A DNA stretch of 64,000 nucleotides from Sphaerodactylus townsendi (GCF_021028975.2 NC_059436.1:26412001-26476000); one strand, 5' to 3'; shown: positions 12,899-27,096, counted from the stretch's first letter. Notes: generated by a model not told the origin, from the letters alone. Numbers and translations are program-made.

Positions 12899-13486
12899 CA
12901 GTGGTGGGATCCAAAAATTTTAGTAACAGGTTCCCTTGGTGGTGGGATTCAAACAGTGGTGTAGTGCCAATGGGGCTGGGCGGGGCATGATGGGGGCGTG
13001 GCCGGGCATTCCAGGGGCGGGGCATTAATAATTTCTCTGTTACTGTAAAAAACTCTTACTGTAAAAAAAAGTTCCTAATTTCCAGCTGGTATCTTTCTGT
13101 CCATAATTTAAACTCATTATAGCAAGTCCTATCATCTACTGCCAACAGAAACAACTACTTCTCCTCTAATTGACTGCCTGTCAAATACTTAATACTTTCA
13201 AATTCTTAATTTTGTTTCTAGAAATCAAAAGAAGGATACTTTCCTTAAACAAGGAACTTTACCATATTTCTAAAACATATTTTTAAAACAGCCCAACAGG
13301 GAGAATTATCCCGTTTTCTACCTTCGCTAACCAGCCACATAGGAAACAACAGGACTTTATGATTTTTGGACCTCATGGAATTTCTAACGGAAAAGCAGAC
13401 CCAATTAGTAACCCCCTCTCGGCACACACAAATAATTAGTAACCTACTCTTGAGAACTGGTGAGAACCTGCTGGATCTCACCTCTG
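12899..13486. mobile_element. Non-autonomous hAT DNA transposon (588 bp)
   Basis: TIR cagtggtgggatcca / tggatctcacctctg; perfect 8-bp TSD agcatatt at 12891-12898 and 13487-13494. Confidence 0.9.
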
Positions 13487-15174
13487 AGCATATTCATGTC
13501 TCCTCTCACTCTACCACATTGAATATGAGAATGGTTCAGGTGTAGAGGATTAGTTTGTCAAACATTTGATAGTGTTGATGGCAAACCATTCTTTTAGTTT
13601 CCCCCTCACCATATGCAATAAGGGAAAAATAATACTGACCTACTTTGCAGAATTACTGTAAGGATTACCTGTTCTGCATATCTGGGGAGTGCTATATAAA
13701 ATACAAAGTAATGTGTTTTTAATTTTTATGTCTGTATTTTTTCACTTCCTCACCAGTATTCCAAAAAAGTCACCTTCATCAAAGTTTTTTTAAAGCATAT
13801 GCATTAATTCATACAATGAGTAATCCAGAGGCAGGTGATTAAATAAATACTAGTTGACTAATCCGTAGAGAGCTCTAAACGGGTCAAATGCAAATTTTTT
13901 GTATATGCCAACTGGTATCTTCTGGAGGTGAGATCTTTTAAAAAGAGATAACAAACAAGGCTGATTCCCATACTATAGACATATAAATAATGCACCTGCT
14001 TACCCATAAACGTAATGCCTGCTTGTTGATTAAGAAGCCTTTTTGCAATAATCCTCCAAGCGCTATTGTTTATAGACTTTTTTATATTGTTCATTTTATT
14101 CGCTACCACTGACAAGAACACCTTTCTTTTACAGTAAAGGTCTGGTGTTAAAAATAATTTCTCACTTGTCCTAGAGGGGGAAAAAACCACCAATTTCTTC
14201 TGTGTTAGCTTTTCTGCTTTGCTATGACTCACAGATTAAGATCCAAGTAAAGTCTCTGGGGCTTACTAGCAGGCAGCCTTCTAGAAGCCCTATCGATGCA
14301 GAATTTTGGGGAAACAAATATCGAAGCTGATCACTATCGTAAAGTTCTGTGGACAGTTCGATACTTGGTCCCATGGTTACTCTATATGACCATGAAATTC
14401 TGGAGATATCATTACTGGTGACATGTGATATGGATTGTAAGCTTTGATCACTATATAAGGAATGAAACTGGCTCACCCAGGAAGGATCACTGTCTCCTCA
14501 TTACTGTGACTGCATCTTCCCAAAGATTATACAAATTATACCTGAAAGTTGGAGTCAAAGGGATAAATGCCAGTACATGAAGAATTTGCCTCCCTGACTG
14601 CTATAGCCAACATATGCTAATTAATGTAAGGGGTATGTGAGGGGTTTATTAAAACCTAAGTCCTGTGTTTCTACTTTAAAGGCACTCAAAGCAACAATTT
14701 TTTTAAAAACTGAAACTATCAAATGGTGGTGTTTAATCAAAAAAAGTGCAGTCCACATTTCACTTTAAAAGCCTCAATACATCATGCTAGAGGAGAACCA
14801 ATTTATGATTCACACGAACACAAATATGTCAATTTTAAACTAACTAATTATACAGACAGGTAGATGAATTTCATACATTCAATGGTTCAACTTGGGCCTT
14901 GGTGATCTGAATGGATTCCTTTAAGCTAATCATGGCTCGTGACTATGGTCAATTTATAGACAGAAAAATAACAGGCACCAATATAGAGGCTGATCATTCA
15001 GAGTTTGGCAATTCAGTACATTTTTCCTAACCTAGGCTTCTGCTAGTTGATAATTCCTTTGGTATGTAGATGACTCAAAATGAATAAATTAGGAGATAAG
15101 AGCTCAAGGCTACCAAGAGGAAAGAGACAGCTTAGGAATGTCTGGTTTAAAGGTGAGCATTTTGTTGTTACACT

Positions 15175-15545
15175 GGTGCCAATTATGCATGAAATGCCTA
15201 CCTCGGGACTCTTCAGTGCGCAGTGGACTTGAAGAGGGGTCTCCTTACGTATCTGTTGTGGATTTCACACAGCATATTTATAATGAATTGCAACTGTTAT
15301 GAATGAATGTGTTTTCTATTTAGAAAAAGGGAAAACGAGTTCATTTATAATGATTGCAACTCATCATAAATATGCTGTGCTGGAATGAGCCTGTGTTTAC
15401 ATGTGAGGAGGCACTCACTGCTGGGCATGCAGTTTTTCTATAGAGAACTCTCCCAGTCCTGTTTCCCTTAACTCCGCCCATCAACTTAATCTTATAAGCA
15501 CAGCTCTTAAAAATAATTATTCTTAACTACCACCTGGTAGTCAAA
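15175..15545 (+). mobile_element. Old Harbinger-like repeat containing a nested palindromic MITE (~15258-15391)
   Basis: The flanks align with 27612-27822 (attatgcatg..ctacctc.gg.ctcttca..; gtttaca...ggaggcactcactgc...gcccatcaact...cctggtagtc). The extra ~130 bp is an AT-rich inverted repeat ending ggaatgagcc. Confidence 0.65.
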
Positions 15546-16884
15546 ATTTAAAATGCACTTTTATTGCTATTACTGTCCCAAAAATACTCCACCTCCCCAC
15601 AAAAGAGCAAAGCAATTCCCTGGACCACACACTATCAAAGAAGAGGACATTGTGCTATAGTCGATATTCTCTCCCCCTCCCAACTTCCTGCTGCTGCTGC
15701 CAGAGGACAGAGAGCATTGCTATTTCTAAGCACTCTCTTTTTGTATCATGCTGACATCTCAATATATCAACATGAGAAGGTGGAGGTGGGTGTTTTGGCT
15801 AAGCCCATAAGAGTGAGCTTCTGTTCTGTGATTTTTTTGTGAGCAGCCAACATGGAAGGGGAGGGCGAGGGGCAAGGTATGCAGTGCAAGAGAGCTGAAA
15901 GGGTGGAGCTTTGCAGGCTGGCCATGTGCAGAGGGAACCTGTCCAGGGCAAAGCTGTGCGCACTGGTAATTCTGCTCACTCTGGCAGCAAAGCAAATTAA
16001 AAGTCGCACTACAAGTGGTCTTGCTTGCTGTGGAGTGAATGGAAAGTGGAAGCAGGCCTTGAGGAAAGATATCTTGCTGCAACAAACATTCACCCCCTTG
16101 TGCATAATCAACCTGGGATTTTCACATGCATTTTTGGAAAGGATTTAATGATTAATTATGCAACAGTTAATACCATTTACACATCAGGAGACATTACGAT
16201 CAACGAGAAGTGCTAAATGCTAAAAATGACAGTAAAGATGACAGGCATAAAATCAATGCAGAAGTCAGCCAAACTGTGGAGAAAAAAACTTCAGGAGGGA
16301 AGAACTTGCATTACTTAAATATGAAAGAATCCAAAATGCTGGATGTGTGCACACACAGAGAGACACTGGGCCTCATTCACTCACCCATAAGTACTTCCAC
16401 AGCAGATAGAAAGCTTGTTTTAAGCACAAACGCCTGGACCTAACAGTCCAATTCAGATTTGGGAGGGGGGGTTGCCGAAGGTGCAGTGGAGGGCTACACC
16501 ACTGCATTTGCCCCCTCTGCCAGCATAAGGGACACCCACGCTGGTTGAAGGAGCAAAAATGCCTGTGTCCAGCTGCCCCACAGCTCTGCAGCAGGCAAAC
16601 CCAGAAGTCTGGGCTGCTGTGGAGCTATGTTGGTAACCAAGTGGATACCTGCACTGGGGGCAGTGAGGAGGGCGTTCCCAGGGGTGGAGTTGACTTTAGC
16701 CAGCTTCTACTGGCATTCCAGCCTGGGAATGTTGCCCCTCAGCCCTGCAGACTGATGCTGCATGAAAGTGCACCATAAGCCTGCTTGTTCATTGGGACGA
16801 TTTGGGTGACCAGAGGGATTTAAACTTTCCATCCTTCCCATGCTACCCAAAACCCCTGGGGAAACAGGTTTTTTTGAAATGAGG

Positions 16885-17065
16885 AGGCACCACGGCTCAG
16901 CGGTAGAGCACATGCTTGACCTACAGAAGTTCAGACCCTAGAATCTCCTGTTAAAAGACCACAGGTCAGGAAATCAACTTTGTCTGGGACTCAGGAGAAC
17001 CACTGGCACTCACAGAGCTAGATGGACCAATTATCTGACTTGGAATAAAAATGGTTCATCTGTGG
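16885..17065 (+). mobile_element. Degenerate tRNA-derived SINE with CR1-like tail
   Basis: A-box-like ggctcagcggtagagca head; tail gagctagatggaccaattatctgact; related copy at 37930. Confidence 0.55.
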
Positions 17066-17929
17066 CTCTTGTGGATTTTCTTCAAAATTTCTGTTAATTT
17101 GACTCCTGGGTTCCTTGGACGTGAGAGTCAGTGTGGTATTGTGAGGTTCCTCCCACTCAGGGGTCCTTGATAAACGCTCCACTCTGTCAAAGCTGAGGCA
17201 CTGAAATGCCTCACTGGCATCAGAATAGCTGCTCCATTCTCTGACTGTGAGGTTCTCTGCACTGAGGAACCTCCCAACTGGTCCCCTCCTTGGCCTTGGC
17301 TCATGTTGGGTTTTTTTTAGCCAGGATGTTCCACCCTCCTTTTCCCTCCACCAATGGGTTCCACTGGCCATCCACTGGCCCCTTTCTCATAGGACTTATC
17401 CATCAAACTCATCCTAGTCCCTGGCATGCCACCCTGATTCATTTCCCTTAGCCCCTTTGCCTTCCAAGTTCCTGGTTTCTGACCCCACCCCACCCCCTCC
17501 TGGTACTCCCTTTGGTTTCCTGGACGTAGAGTGGAAGGAGGTAAGGCTTTCAGCTGGCCTCCATTGGATTTGTCCACCTAACCCTGGCCCGCCCACCCCC
17601 TCTCTTGGTCTTACTGGCACCACCTCTGTCTGTTTCGAGCTTGCCTGTGGGTTGCTCTGGGCCCTGCTCTGGAGCCTTGTTTGCTGCTGGGTGAGCAGAG
17701 AGGGGTATGTCCCGTTGCCTGCAGATTGCTGGCACTGCACAGTACATTGGGTGGGTGCCCTGGGGAGAGACACTTGTACCATTGTTGAAGCTGTGGTGTT
17801 GGCTGGCTGCTGCTGGGGCATCAGGTGGACATCCTAAGCAGAGTTGGGCCTTGGCACAGCACTGGAAGCAACGAGGAGCACCACGAGGAGGCCCACCCAT
17901 GAGTGGGGTTTGGCTGGGCATTTCCAAAC

Positions 17930-18135
17930 AGGTATTGTAGTTAAGAGGGTTAATCTGGTATTTATGAGACCAGATTTGAAATGCCACTTGAGCCACTGAA
18001 GCCTGCTGGATGACCTTGGGCTCTCTCAGCCTAACCTACCTCACAGGATTGTTGTGATGATAAAATGGAGGGGAGGAGGAATAAAGCTGCTTTGGGTCCC
18101 CATTGTGGAGAAAAGTGGAGTATAAATGAATGAAT
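17930..18135 (+). mobile_element. MIR-derived (Squam3-like) SINE
   Basis: gaccttgggc..ctctcagcctaacctacctcacaggattgttgtg core and gctttgggtccccattgtggagaaaagtggagtataaatgaatgaa tail. Confidence 0.7.
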
Positions 18136-18242
18136 TTAATAAAGAAATATTCCTCACTAAGTTTATGGCAAACAACGGGACAAAAAATTATTTCCTTTCT
18201 TATGGATACATTTAGAAAATCACAGAATTCCACAGGTTAGAG

Positions 18243-18390
18243 CAGGGGTAGGGAACCTGCGGCTCTCCAGATGTTCAGGAACTACAATTCCCATCAGCTT
18301 CTGTCAGCATGGCCAATTGGCCATGCTGGTAGGGGCTGATGGGAATTGTAGTTCCTGAACATCTGGAGAGTCGCAGGTTCCCTACCCCTG
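18243..18390. mobile_element. Palindromic hAT (Charlie-like) MITE, 148 bp
   Basis: Near-perfect inverted repeat caggggtagggaacc...ggttccctacccctg; perfect 8-bp TSD ggttagag. Confidence 0.95.
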
Positions 18391-20423
18391 GGTTAGAGGT
18401 TCCCTTTGTGTTCTAAAATAGCCACTGTCTTCTTTTTAATAGATTTCCCAGTTGCCTCTCACAGTTAAACACTCATACTGTCAGGTCTGAATATTTGTGT
18501 ACACTACTGCATATTATTTTGAATTAGGAAAGAAACAAAAGAGGAAGTAAATGAAAAAATGAGTTTCTTTTAAAGTCTACATGGGATTTACTGAAAGTAC
18601 AGCTATTTCTTTGTTGAGATATATGCTGGTCAAGGTTAGGTTTCTAATTACATTTCTTTAATGGATTCTTTCTCTTCTGTCAGTATGCAAGCACCTTTGT
18701 GGAAACCTGCATGTTAGCCCTTATTTAATCTATTAGTAGGGATTCACTCACTTGAAAATACAAAAGGAAAGCTCCAGCGTCAAATACAGAACAATCATGC
18801 AATTAGTTTTCAAATGGAGCAAAACTGCTACTATTAGCACCATTAAAGTAAAATAAGAAGAAAGGACAACTCCCTGACTGAAGGAAACTCACAATTTAAA
18901 TGTTGACTTTGGAGATGTGCAAAAAAGAAAAAAGGGAGGAAGGTGTGAGCAAAGAAGTTGCAGTGTATTGTCGAAGGCTTGCAGATTATTCTGACCACAA
19001 CATCACATTTCTCTGAGCAAAAAATGGGGAATTCGTAGCTCATGGTACACACCCAACCAGCCATATTCTTAAATGTATCTGACAGGTGTTTACGGAGGAA
19101 GACTACCAAAAGTCTCATCTCCAAAATACCTGGTCTTTTCTGAAGTGCACTTGATGCAGTATGAATTCCTTACATATTTTCATTTCTAAGTTTTATCCAA
19201 AACAGTGAATTCATCTTAAATTCTGGCTTGACCAGGACAAATCCGAGTATAATGAGAATTTAGCCAGAATAAAATGCAGAGCAGAGCAAACACAGAGAAC
19301 AATAAAGGAATGGGGATGGCGGGAACCATTTCATTTCAAGTCTTATCTTGCATTTCCTAGATTTTTTTTTTTATAGCTGGAGAAATCAGTCCCTCATTCA
19401 TCCAAAATTAGTTCACCAAGCAGGACCAAATTTTCATAGCACACTAGTTCAGATTTTAATTTTCAACAACACACCTACACACCGAGCTCAACCTAGCTGA
19501 AGTTACACTTTTTAAAACTCCATTGATTTCCAACAGACATCTAAGAGGACACACACCTCACTAAAATCAGTGGACATCAACATATCTTACATTTGGGCAC
19601 CACTGCATTCAAGACACCAATGTTCCTTGCCTGACCTGAAGGCCTTTGGGTCTTTCACACATTCCAAGATGCATTGAATGGGAATGGGAAAAGCCTCTGG
19701 GTTTTTCTGGGGAACAAATGCTCAAAATACAAGGACTCAAAAAACCACCCCTAGATGAATATTCGGACAGGTATCACGCTCCCCTTGGTTATCTCTCTGC
19801 ACAATTTAAGAGTCAGACTTTCTCTCTTCCATTACCCTCAATAATTTAACATGAACTCTAATGTGTAGATGGCGTTTCCTTATTACCACTATTACTCTCT
19901 TCAGTTACAAAAGTGATACCCAGCCGGTCAAAATACTAGAAGAAAAATTCTTAGCATTAGGGCTGAGCAGAATGCTGTTCATCAGCTATAGTGGCAAGGG
20001 AGGGTTTCAGAGAGGATGGGTACAGTTTCCAAAAAGGCCAACAAAATTCTGCCTTTCCTACGATCGTTTGCTGGTTTTCACAGTCCTAATTGTTAGTCCT
20101 CTTTGTTGTTGTTATTTAAAACACTCTTCCTAGTTACAATGATGTCATCACACAGTATGATTTCTAACTGAAGATTAAGAAAACTGGGGGATGAGTTTTG
20201 GGAGGACAGGAAGGGAGTGACCTCATCAGGATCTCATTAGGACATAATGTCATAGAGTCCACCCTTCAGAGTAGCCATCTTCTACAGGGGAACTGACCTC
20301 TGTAGTCTGGAGATGAGCCAATTTCAATTTCACTTTATTACAGTCAAAGACCAGCAAAAGGAGATGAGCCATAATTCTGGGAGATCTTCAAGTTCCTCCT
20401 GGCGACTAACAAACCTATTACTG

Positions 20424-20555
20424 AGCCAACATGGTATAGTGGTTACAGTGTTCCAGGTTTATATCCTGATTATGTTCATGTAGTTTGGGCTAACTGCTCT
20501 CTTTTACCCTAACCTACTTGACGGGGTTGTTGAGAGGGCAAAATGTTGAGAGAGC
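20424..20555 (+). mobile_element. Degenerate MIR/Squam3-like SINE
   Basis: gagccaacatggtatagtggttacagtgt head; cctaacctacttgacggggttgttgagagg core. Confidence 0.55.
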
Positions 20556-23002
20556 AAAAGCTAAAGAGTTCAATGCTTTAAGTGCTTAATCCCACCAACA
20601 CCAACCATTTCTCCTCCTGCATCGATCCAATCACAGCAGTCTCCAGCAATCCTCTTACAAATTACCTCTGCGATGCATCATGGTCTCAGGCGTGTAATGA
20701 GTTGGAGAAGCCTCTGTTTATTTTTCATGTACACTCCTCAAATATGCCTTCTTTCTACCCCCGGTTCATTGATAGTCTCAGTTGCACATTTTATTTCTTT
20801 GCAGAGATATATTTGATTATCCATCCCATGCTGGCTTAGTCATTTGAAATGATTCCCAGACCATGTGGGGATTTGTAATGTCTCAACAGGATTTATACTG
20901 TAATATTCGGTAATGTTCTTTTTTACAAGCTTCAGAAAAACCTGTGTTTTATAATAAAAGGGTGGGGGGAGGTTGGATAAACCAATTATTTTGCTCCTCT
21001 ATTTATAGATGAGATACCCCCTAAAGCCAGTGATGAGTAACCAGAAAGAAAGCCCAGTTAAAATACTCAACAACTGAACAGCCTTCTGGTTGGAACAATT
21101 CAAATCTAAAAGACGAGTCTAATCCATAAATAAAAGATGCGTGCCTTGATCTAGCTAAAAGTACAACTAAGATATCTGGACCGTGTTCACAATTATGAAG
21201 TTGGAGGTATGTTCAGATGTCCTGTTCTTTCTACTTTTGTTTAAAATCAGCTGTGGAGGAGCCTCATTGGGACCTCGGTGCCATGGAAGTGGGATTTAAT
21301 TCTGTCTCACTTACTGGTTTCCTGATTTATTTTTCCATCAATACTATTAGCTCCAATACTATTTGCTCCAACTGCAGGTTTTTCTTCCCAGAGCAAATTG
21401 CATCTTCGATGTGGAGTAATTAAATTGAGAAAATAAAGGGGGAAAGGTTTTGATACCGGCATCCCATGGTTCCTATCTAATTTGGGATTCCCCTCAGCTA
21501 GGTACCGGTGAGGTAACTTGGACCCAGACTTCACACCCAAGGGATCACACACAGAGTTAGACATGAGGAGACACCTGATTCCTACCCAGTACCTACCAGG
21601 CAGCCTGTCAGAAGCACCCCTCCTATCCTGGGGACTTGCTTTGGCTCCCCTGGCATAGACATACAGTAATATTTCTGAGCTTGTCTGTGCTGCCCACTCC
21701 CCTTTCTCTCCCTCTGTTCTGTCTCAGAAATAAAAAAAGATCAAGTAAAGGTAATCTTGACCTGAAACTGGACATTTGGCAGCTTGTGCAAACACACCCA
21801 AACTAGTTAAAGTATAAACATTCACTGTGCCAGAGGTACATAAACTTGCCTTCTCAATAAAAGCCTCTCTCAAGTACCTACAAGACGATAGAGGCAATTA
21901 ACCTGGAAAGGGTTCTGCTGGATTTATAGTCTGATCTATTTTTGTCAAGCTGCATCTCACGCTTTAAAAAAGCTTTTCCATCTCCCCAAAAGTTGCACCT
22001 AAATGTCTCTACTTGGAAGGATTCTGGAAGGTCATTTTGGATTTTTAATACACCACATCACAAGCACTTGAAGTAATGAACAGTTTCAAGAGAACCTGAT
22101 GAATTGCAAATGGAGGCTGTTTGTTGCCCATAAATCCATCTGCTTCCTGTAGCATCAGGTGCTTCTGAGCCGTTCTGTGCTACTTTTAAAATTAGAGCAG
22201 TGATGCCAGCGGAGTGATGTTTATTCAAGGGGTGGGATGGCATTTTGTTCCTTCCAAAAGGAAGGGAAAGACCTTCAATCAACTGACTGTTCATGGCTGA
22301 AAGTTTATTCTGGTTGCACACAGCACAGATGCAATGGACCCCCCCCCCACACACACATCCTCCAATGTCATCCAGACAGGAAAACCAATCATTGACCAAG
22401 CTTGTCAGATTTTTCCCGCCTTTTTACCTCAGGGACTGAGCTGCCTAATATGGTGGTATATGATGAAAGAAGCACTCTTCCTCAGCCCTGTTATACTCCC
22501 AGAAAGTGAAGGCTGCTCGATGTTTTAAAACCTTCTTTGGCAAACCCCTTTATAAATAGGCTTAGCTTATGCATTAGACTGGCCAAGACAGTCCTAGATT
22601 TAAGGGTCAGTCACACTGTCCCAGCAGGTTACCAAATCCATCCTGGCAGTAAGGGAGCCTCCCTGCCTTGCCAAAGGGTGCAAGGGAGGAGTGGAGCAGT
22701 GGTGGGCATGCTTGTGACTATGGCATTGGCAATGGTAGCATGGAGAAGGAAGCGGCAAAGCAATGCCTCCTTTGCCCAGTAGACTAGTTGGCCATGTGCT
22801 CTGGAATGCTGGGGGAAAGCCAGGAGGGACCAAATTCTCTTGAGCTGTGCCCTGCCTTCACCTGCTGTGCGCTGCCTTGAGACAGCTCAGGCATTTCTTG
22901 GCAGGAATGAAAGGGTAGCGGAGCATGATTGGGGAATTTCTTTTCATTAACTGTTTGGGTTGGATCTCGTGGTTAGGAGAGATCTTGTGGGTGGGGGGGT
23001 TA

Positions 23003-23176
23003 GGATATCACAGTGGGAAGTCTGTTACACACTGTGTACACCTCTGAGATACACCTGTGAAAATGCCAATCACAGATGCAGGCGAAATGTTAGGAACAAG
23101 ATCCACTAGACGACAGCCACACAGCCCAGAAAACCCACCAGAACCAGTTGAATCCGGCTGTGAAAGCCTTCAACAA
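23003..23176 (+). mobile_element. Penelope-like element end with degenerate hammerhead motif
   Basis: atgccaatcacagatgcaggcgaaatgttaggaacaagatcc...gaatccggctgtgaaagccttcaacaa; same family as 31881, 49415 and 62591. Confidence 0.75.
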
Positions 23177-23597
23177 ATTTGATTGTTGTTCTTTCATCTG
23201 ACCAGTGCATTTCTTGTAGAAATGGCAGAATTTGTTGGACTCACCTGCCATCATACCTTGCATTAATATATGTTTTATGGTTTCGTGTACCCTTAGCTGT
23301 CATGGACATATTCTGTCTTCATGTGGGACTTTCCTATATCTGCCAGTTGTCATTGCAGAGTGAAAAATATTCAGTCTTGCCTGCATAAAAAATCATTGGT
23401 GGGATAGGATTGTTAAGGAGGTGAAATAATGAGCCATTTGTCCCCATAAAGGGTCCCCATGATACTGAGCTCTTCAGCCTGAGCCCCGCAAAAACTCAGC
23501 CACCAGTATTCCTAGTCTCTATGTTTTTGCTTTTAACTACAGCACACAGGGCTGTCACACAGAGGTAAGTAAGAAAAACAGCAGTCTCCCGCTATTG

Positions 23598-23732
23598 CAG
23601 GGGTGTCAAACTCGCAGCCCTCCAGATATTATGAACTACAGTTCCCACCATCCCCTGCCAGCATCATGCTCGCAGGGGATGATGAGAACTGTAGTCCATA
23701 ACATCTGGAGGGCCACGAGTTTGACACCTCTG
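23598..23732. mobile_element. Palindromic hAT MITE, 135 bp
   Basis: TIR caggggtgtcaaactc / gagtttgacacctctg; perfect 8-bp TSD cgctattg. Confidence 0.93.
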
Positions 23733-25093
23733 CGCTATTGTCACTTGCATGTATTTTGTCTGGGGTTGGGGAAGCTGGGTTCTGGCACAGCTCCCATCCA
23801 CCTCTCATGGGGCGAGGGCTGCCGTTGCTTGTTTCTGGCAGGGGGGGCTGCCGGGGACTGCCAGTGAGTGGTGGTGATTTTGGGATCCCATCTTGGACAT
23901 TTGCATGTGGCCCAGAATCACTAAAATTACCCTTAAACTGGATATGATTCAACCCTGTCGGCACATATTTTAGCTGAGAAATACCCAAGGTGGAAGAAAA
24001 CAGACCAAACCCATGCTACTAGGTTAACTATTTCCTTTGCAATATTTCCGCAATCAGAAGTGCTCCTCATCTTCTTTAAGCCCCCAAAGGGCCATTTCTA
24101 ATAAGAGAAATTGTATGAAGAGGAACAGTTATCTCCCCTCCTCCAATACCACAGCCCTGATCTATATTTGGCCAGCCTGCAGCTGTTTTTTTGCTTCTAA
24201 GTTTATATGTCATAGAATCCAATCATGAACCACAGCATAAAGTAATGTTTGCTCCTAGGAGTTCTAAATATAATTCCAGAATTGGAACATTCAACATTTT
24301 CCATAATTTTTAGATCCTTCTCGGTTGCCTTTTCTCCCTGTCACAATCTTATGGATGTACACGAGCAACTGTTAATAAGCTATAAAAATAAATGTTCATG
24401 GGACAGTAAATTCTGCATAAATCCTCTCAACCCATATTCTTAACTCATCAATTTTACTGTGTACACTGAGAATCATCATCACTAACATACTTAATAGAAT
24501 ACTGGCTGGTCCCCATATCAGTGAGGAAAAACTGGATTACAGAGCCACCATCTGCTAAAGGAAGGGTTCTGTACATACTTGGGAGAGTCTATCCAAGCAT
24601 GCCCAAAAATATGCCTTTGTAAATTGATCAAAAGAAAAACAAAAGAAATGGGGAGAAAAACTAATGAGGACTGAAAATGGTACAAAGGAAGAAAATGTTC
24701 AGAGCAGCTGATGGAGAGGGATCACTCAATTATGGGGTTAAAACAAACAAAGAAAGGGGTTAAAATAGGGACCTAGGAGGCTGCAATTACCATCCAATCA
24801 GCCCTGCAGCTCTTGGGGGAAAACCAATCCTTGTGTGAGAGCCAAGAAGGTATGGGTAGGCCCACCACCTGTACAGATGAGCTTTAAAAGTCAGGGAGAG
24901 TGCAATTAGGGCAGGCTCATCAGCAGAGGATACGGGTGAACCTTGAACCTCCTCTCCTTGCCACAACAAGTGAACAGCCTTCAGGTGGAAAGGAGCTTGA
25001 ATGCACAGGCTAACACTAACATTGCGTTTTGTGTTGCCAATTCTGGTTTGTGAAATTTGGAGATGCAATCTGGAAAGAGTTTAGTGAAGGGAG

Positions 25094-25437
25094 GAAGAAG
25101 AAGAAGAAGAAGAAGGAGGAGGAGGAGGAGGAGGAGGAGGAGGAGGAGGAGGAGTTTGGATTGATATCCCCCCTTTCTCTCCTGTAGGAGACTCAAAGGG
25201 GCTTACAATCTCCCTTCCCTTCCCAACTCACAACAAACACCCTGTGAGGTGGGTGGGGCTGAGAGAGCTCCGAAAAGCTGTGACTAGCCCAAGGTCACCC
25301 AGCTGGCAAGGGTGGGAGTACAAAGGCTAATCTCAATTCCTCAGAGAAGCCTCCACAACTCAAGCGGCAGAGCTGGGAATCAAACCCGGTTCCTCCAGAT
25401 CAGAGTGCACCTGCTCTTAGCCACTGCTCTTAGCCAC
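25094..25437 (-). mobile_element. Young tRNA-derived gecko-type SINE with (GAA)n(GGA)n tail at 25094-25154
   Basis: Closely similar to the copies at 29253 and 55673; B-box-like gggaatcaaacccgg (reverse complement CCGGGTTTGATTCCC); simple-repeat tail. Confidence 0.85.
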
Positions 25438-27096
25438 GACGCTGAGTCTTCAGCAAGCTATAATGATACAGAATCTGTTTTCTTCAGGGGAAACTATTTT
25501 CTGTATTCTGGAGACTGACTGTGATTCTGTGAGTTCTCCAGGTCCCACCTGGAGGATAGCAATCATAGTAGAGTAAGTATCAGATTCTGCCTACAATAGA
25601 AAGATAATGCAGAATTTGTGCAAGAGGGGATCTGGTGATAGAAATACATTGTCAGAAGGGACCATACATAGACTGGGAAAGTACTTTGCCTTAAAGATTA
25701 AAGCCCTGTTCACATGTTATCATGAATGCATGTACAATTTATGTACAGTGTACACTTGATTGTTCTTTGTATATACATTGAATAACTTGTTCATATATTC
25801 AGCACACATCCTGTGCATGTCCATGCTGTTGTCCTGTGGTCACAGCAGCCTGCTCATTTACTGAGGCCGTAATGGATATTGAGATACAGGGAAATATAAT
25901 CTAAGTGCCCACATACTGAGTACACCAGTTCTAACTGGGTCAGAACTAAATGATCTTTCCCAACTCGCAGCAAGCGCCATTCACGCTCACATACCGAGAG
26001 ATTAACTTTACTATTAATAATCATCTCAGTAAAACGAGGATAAAACCTAGATGGAGAGTAATTTAAATATTTAAAGCATTTTATATTATTTTTAGGCAAT
26101 AAAATGAAAATCTTGCTTAACCTTCTTTTTCCCTGGTAGCAGCTATAGCATCGTAAAGATAAATCTCATGTAGATGAAAGCAGGAGACAATTGTTGGAGA
26201 AATGTTTTTTTTTTAATTTTTTTGCAAAACATTCCCAGGCTCTGTCCTAAAATCTCCAGGTACTTCCAAACCTGGAGCTGGGAACATTAGGTATAGGTGA
26301 GCCAAGAAGATACCCTCTCCTGCTCATCAAGAGGTGAGGTACAGCATTCTGAAGTAACAATAGCTTCTAAACAGCAACCCTACCTAGAGCAGACTGTAAT
26401 AATTCCAAACTGGACATTACTACAGCCTTGAGGGCTAAGACCTACATATCTGAGGCTCTGCTCTACATGATGGCTGTCATCATTGCCAAGTTCCACTCTC
26501 TGACATCTAGCTGAATGACATCTAGTTGTGGAATGTTTTGATTTCAGCAGCTCAGATTTGGGTACCTGGAATCAGGCAGGGAAACAGTCCTATCTGATGT
26601 GGGAGGTCCACATGATTAGCTATTGCTCCATAAAATGGTGAGTCTGATTGGGCCGAAAAGCAGGATATAAATATTGTAAATAAATAAACTAAATAATGGC
26701 AGTGGCCACCACTTGGTGAAACTCCAAAGAATGGCTCAAATCTGTTCTTAAAATTCAAAATGATCTTTGCTGCAGCTCTGAAGGCTGAGCAGCTATCATG
26801 CAAAATTGAAGCCAAGGTTACATTCTGGTGATACATTTTTAATCGAACTTACATTACTGTCATTTTAAATAAAAGTCTCCTACAACTTATTTATGGGGAC
26901 ACAAGCGACTTGGCTGCTGTGTCAAAGTGACGGGCTGGAGCCCCAAATATCCTTCTCCTGAACTCTGTGTGGCAAAGATAAAAGCTGAACCAAACCCAGG
27001 ATTCCAGAACAAACCACCACATGCTTATTACAGGTCAAGGCTCAAGCAATGAATGAGAAGGGCCTGGGAAACCATAGAAGGACAGCCTGAGCTGCA

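Noticed and set aside
16885-16960. tRNA-like sequence (also SINE heads at 8355, 30155, 32246, 37930)
   Set aside because: No complete cloverleaf; these continue into SINE bodies, so they are not tRNA genes.
24981-25196. Poly-Leu 'signal peptide-like' ORF (likewise poly-Cys 30681-30935 and HT-repeat 1288-1545)
   Set aside because: These are translations of the (GAA/GGA)n, (CAA)n and (TG)n microsatellites.
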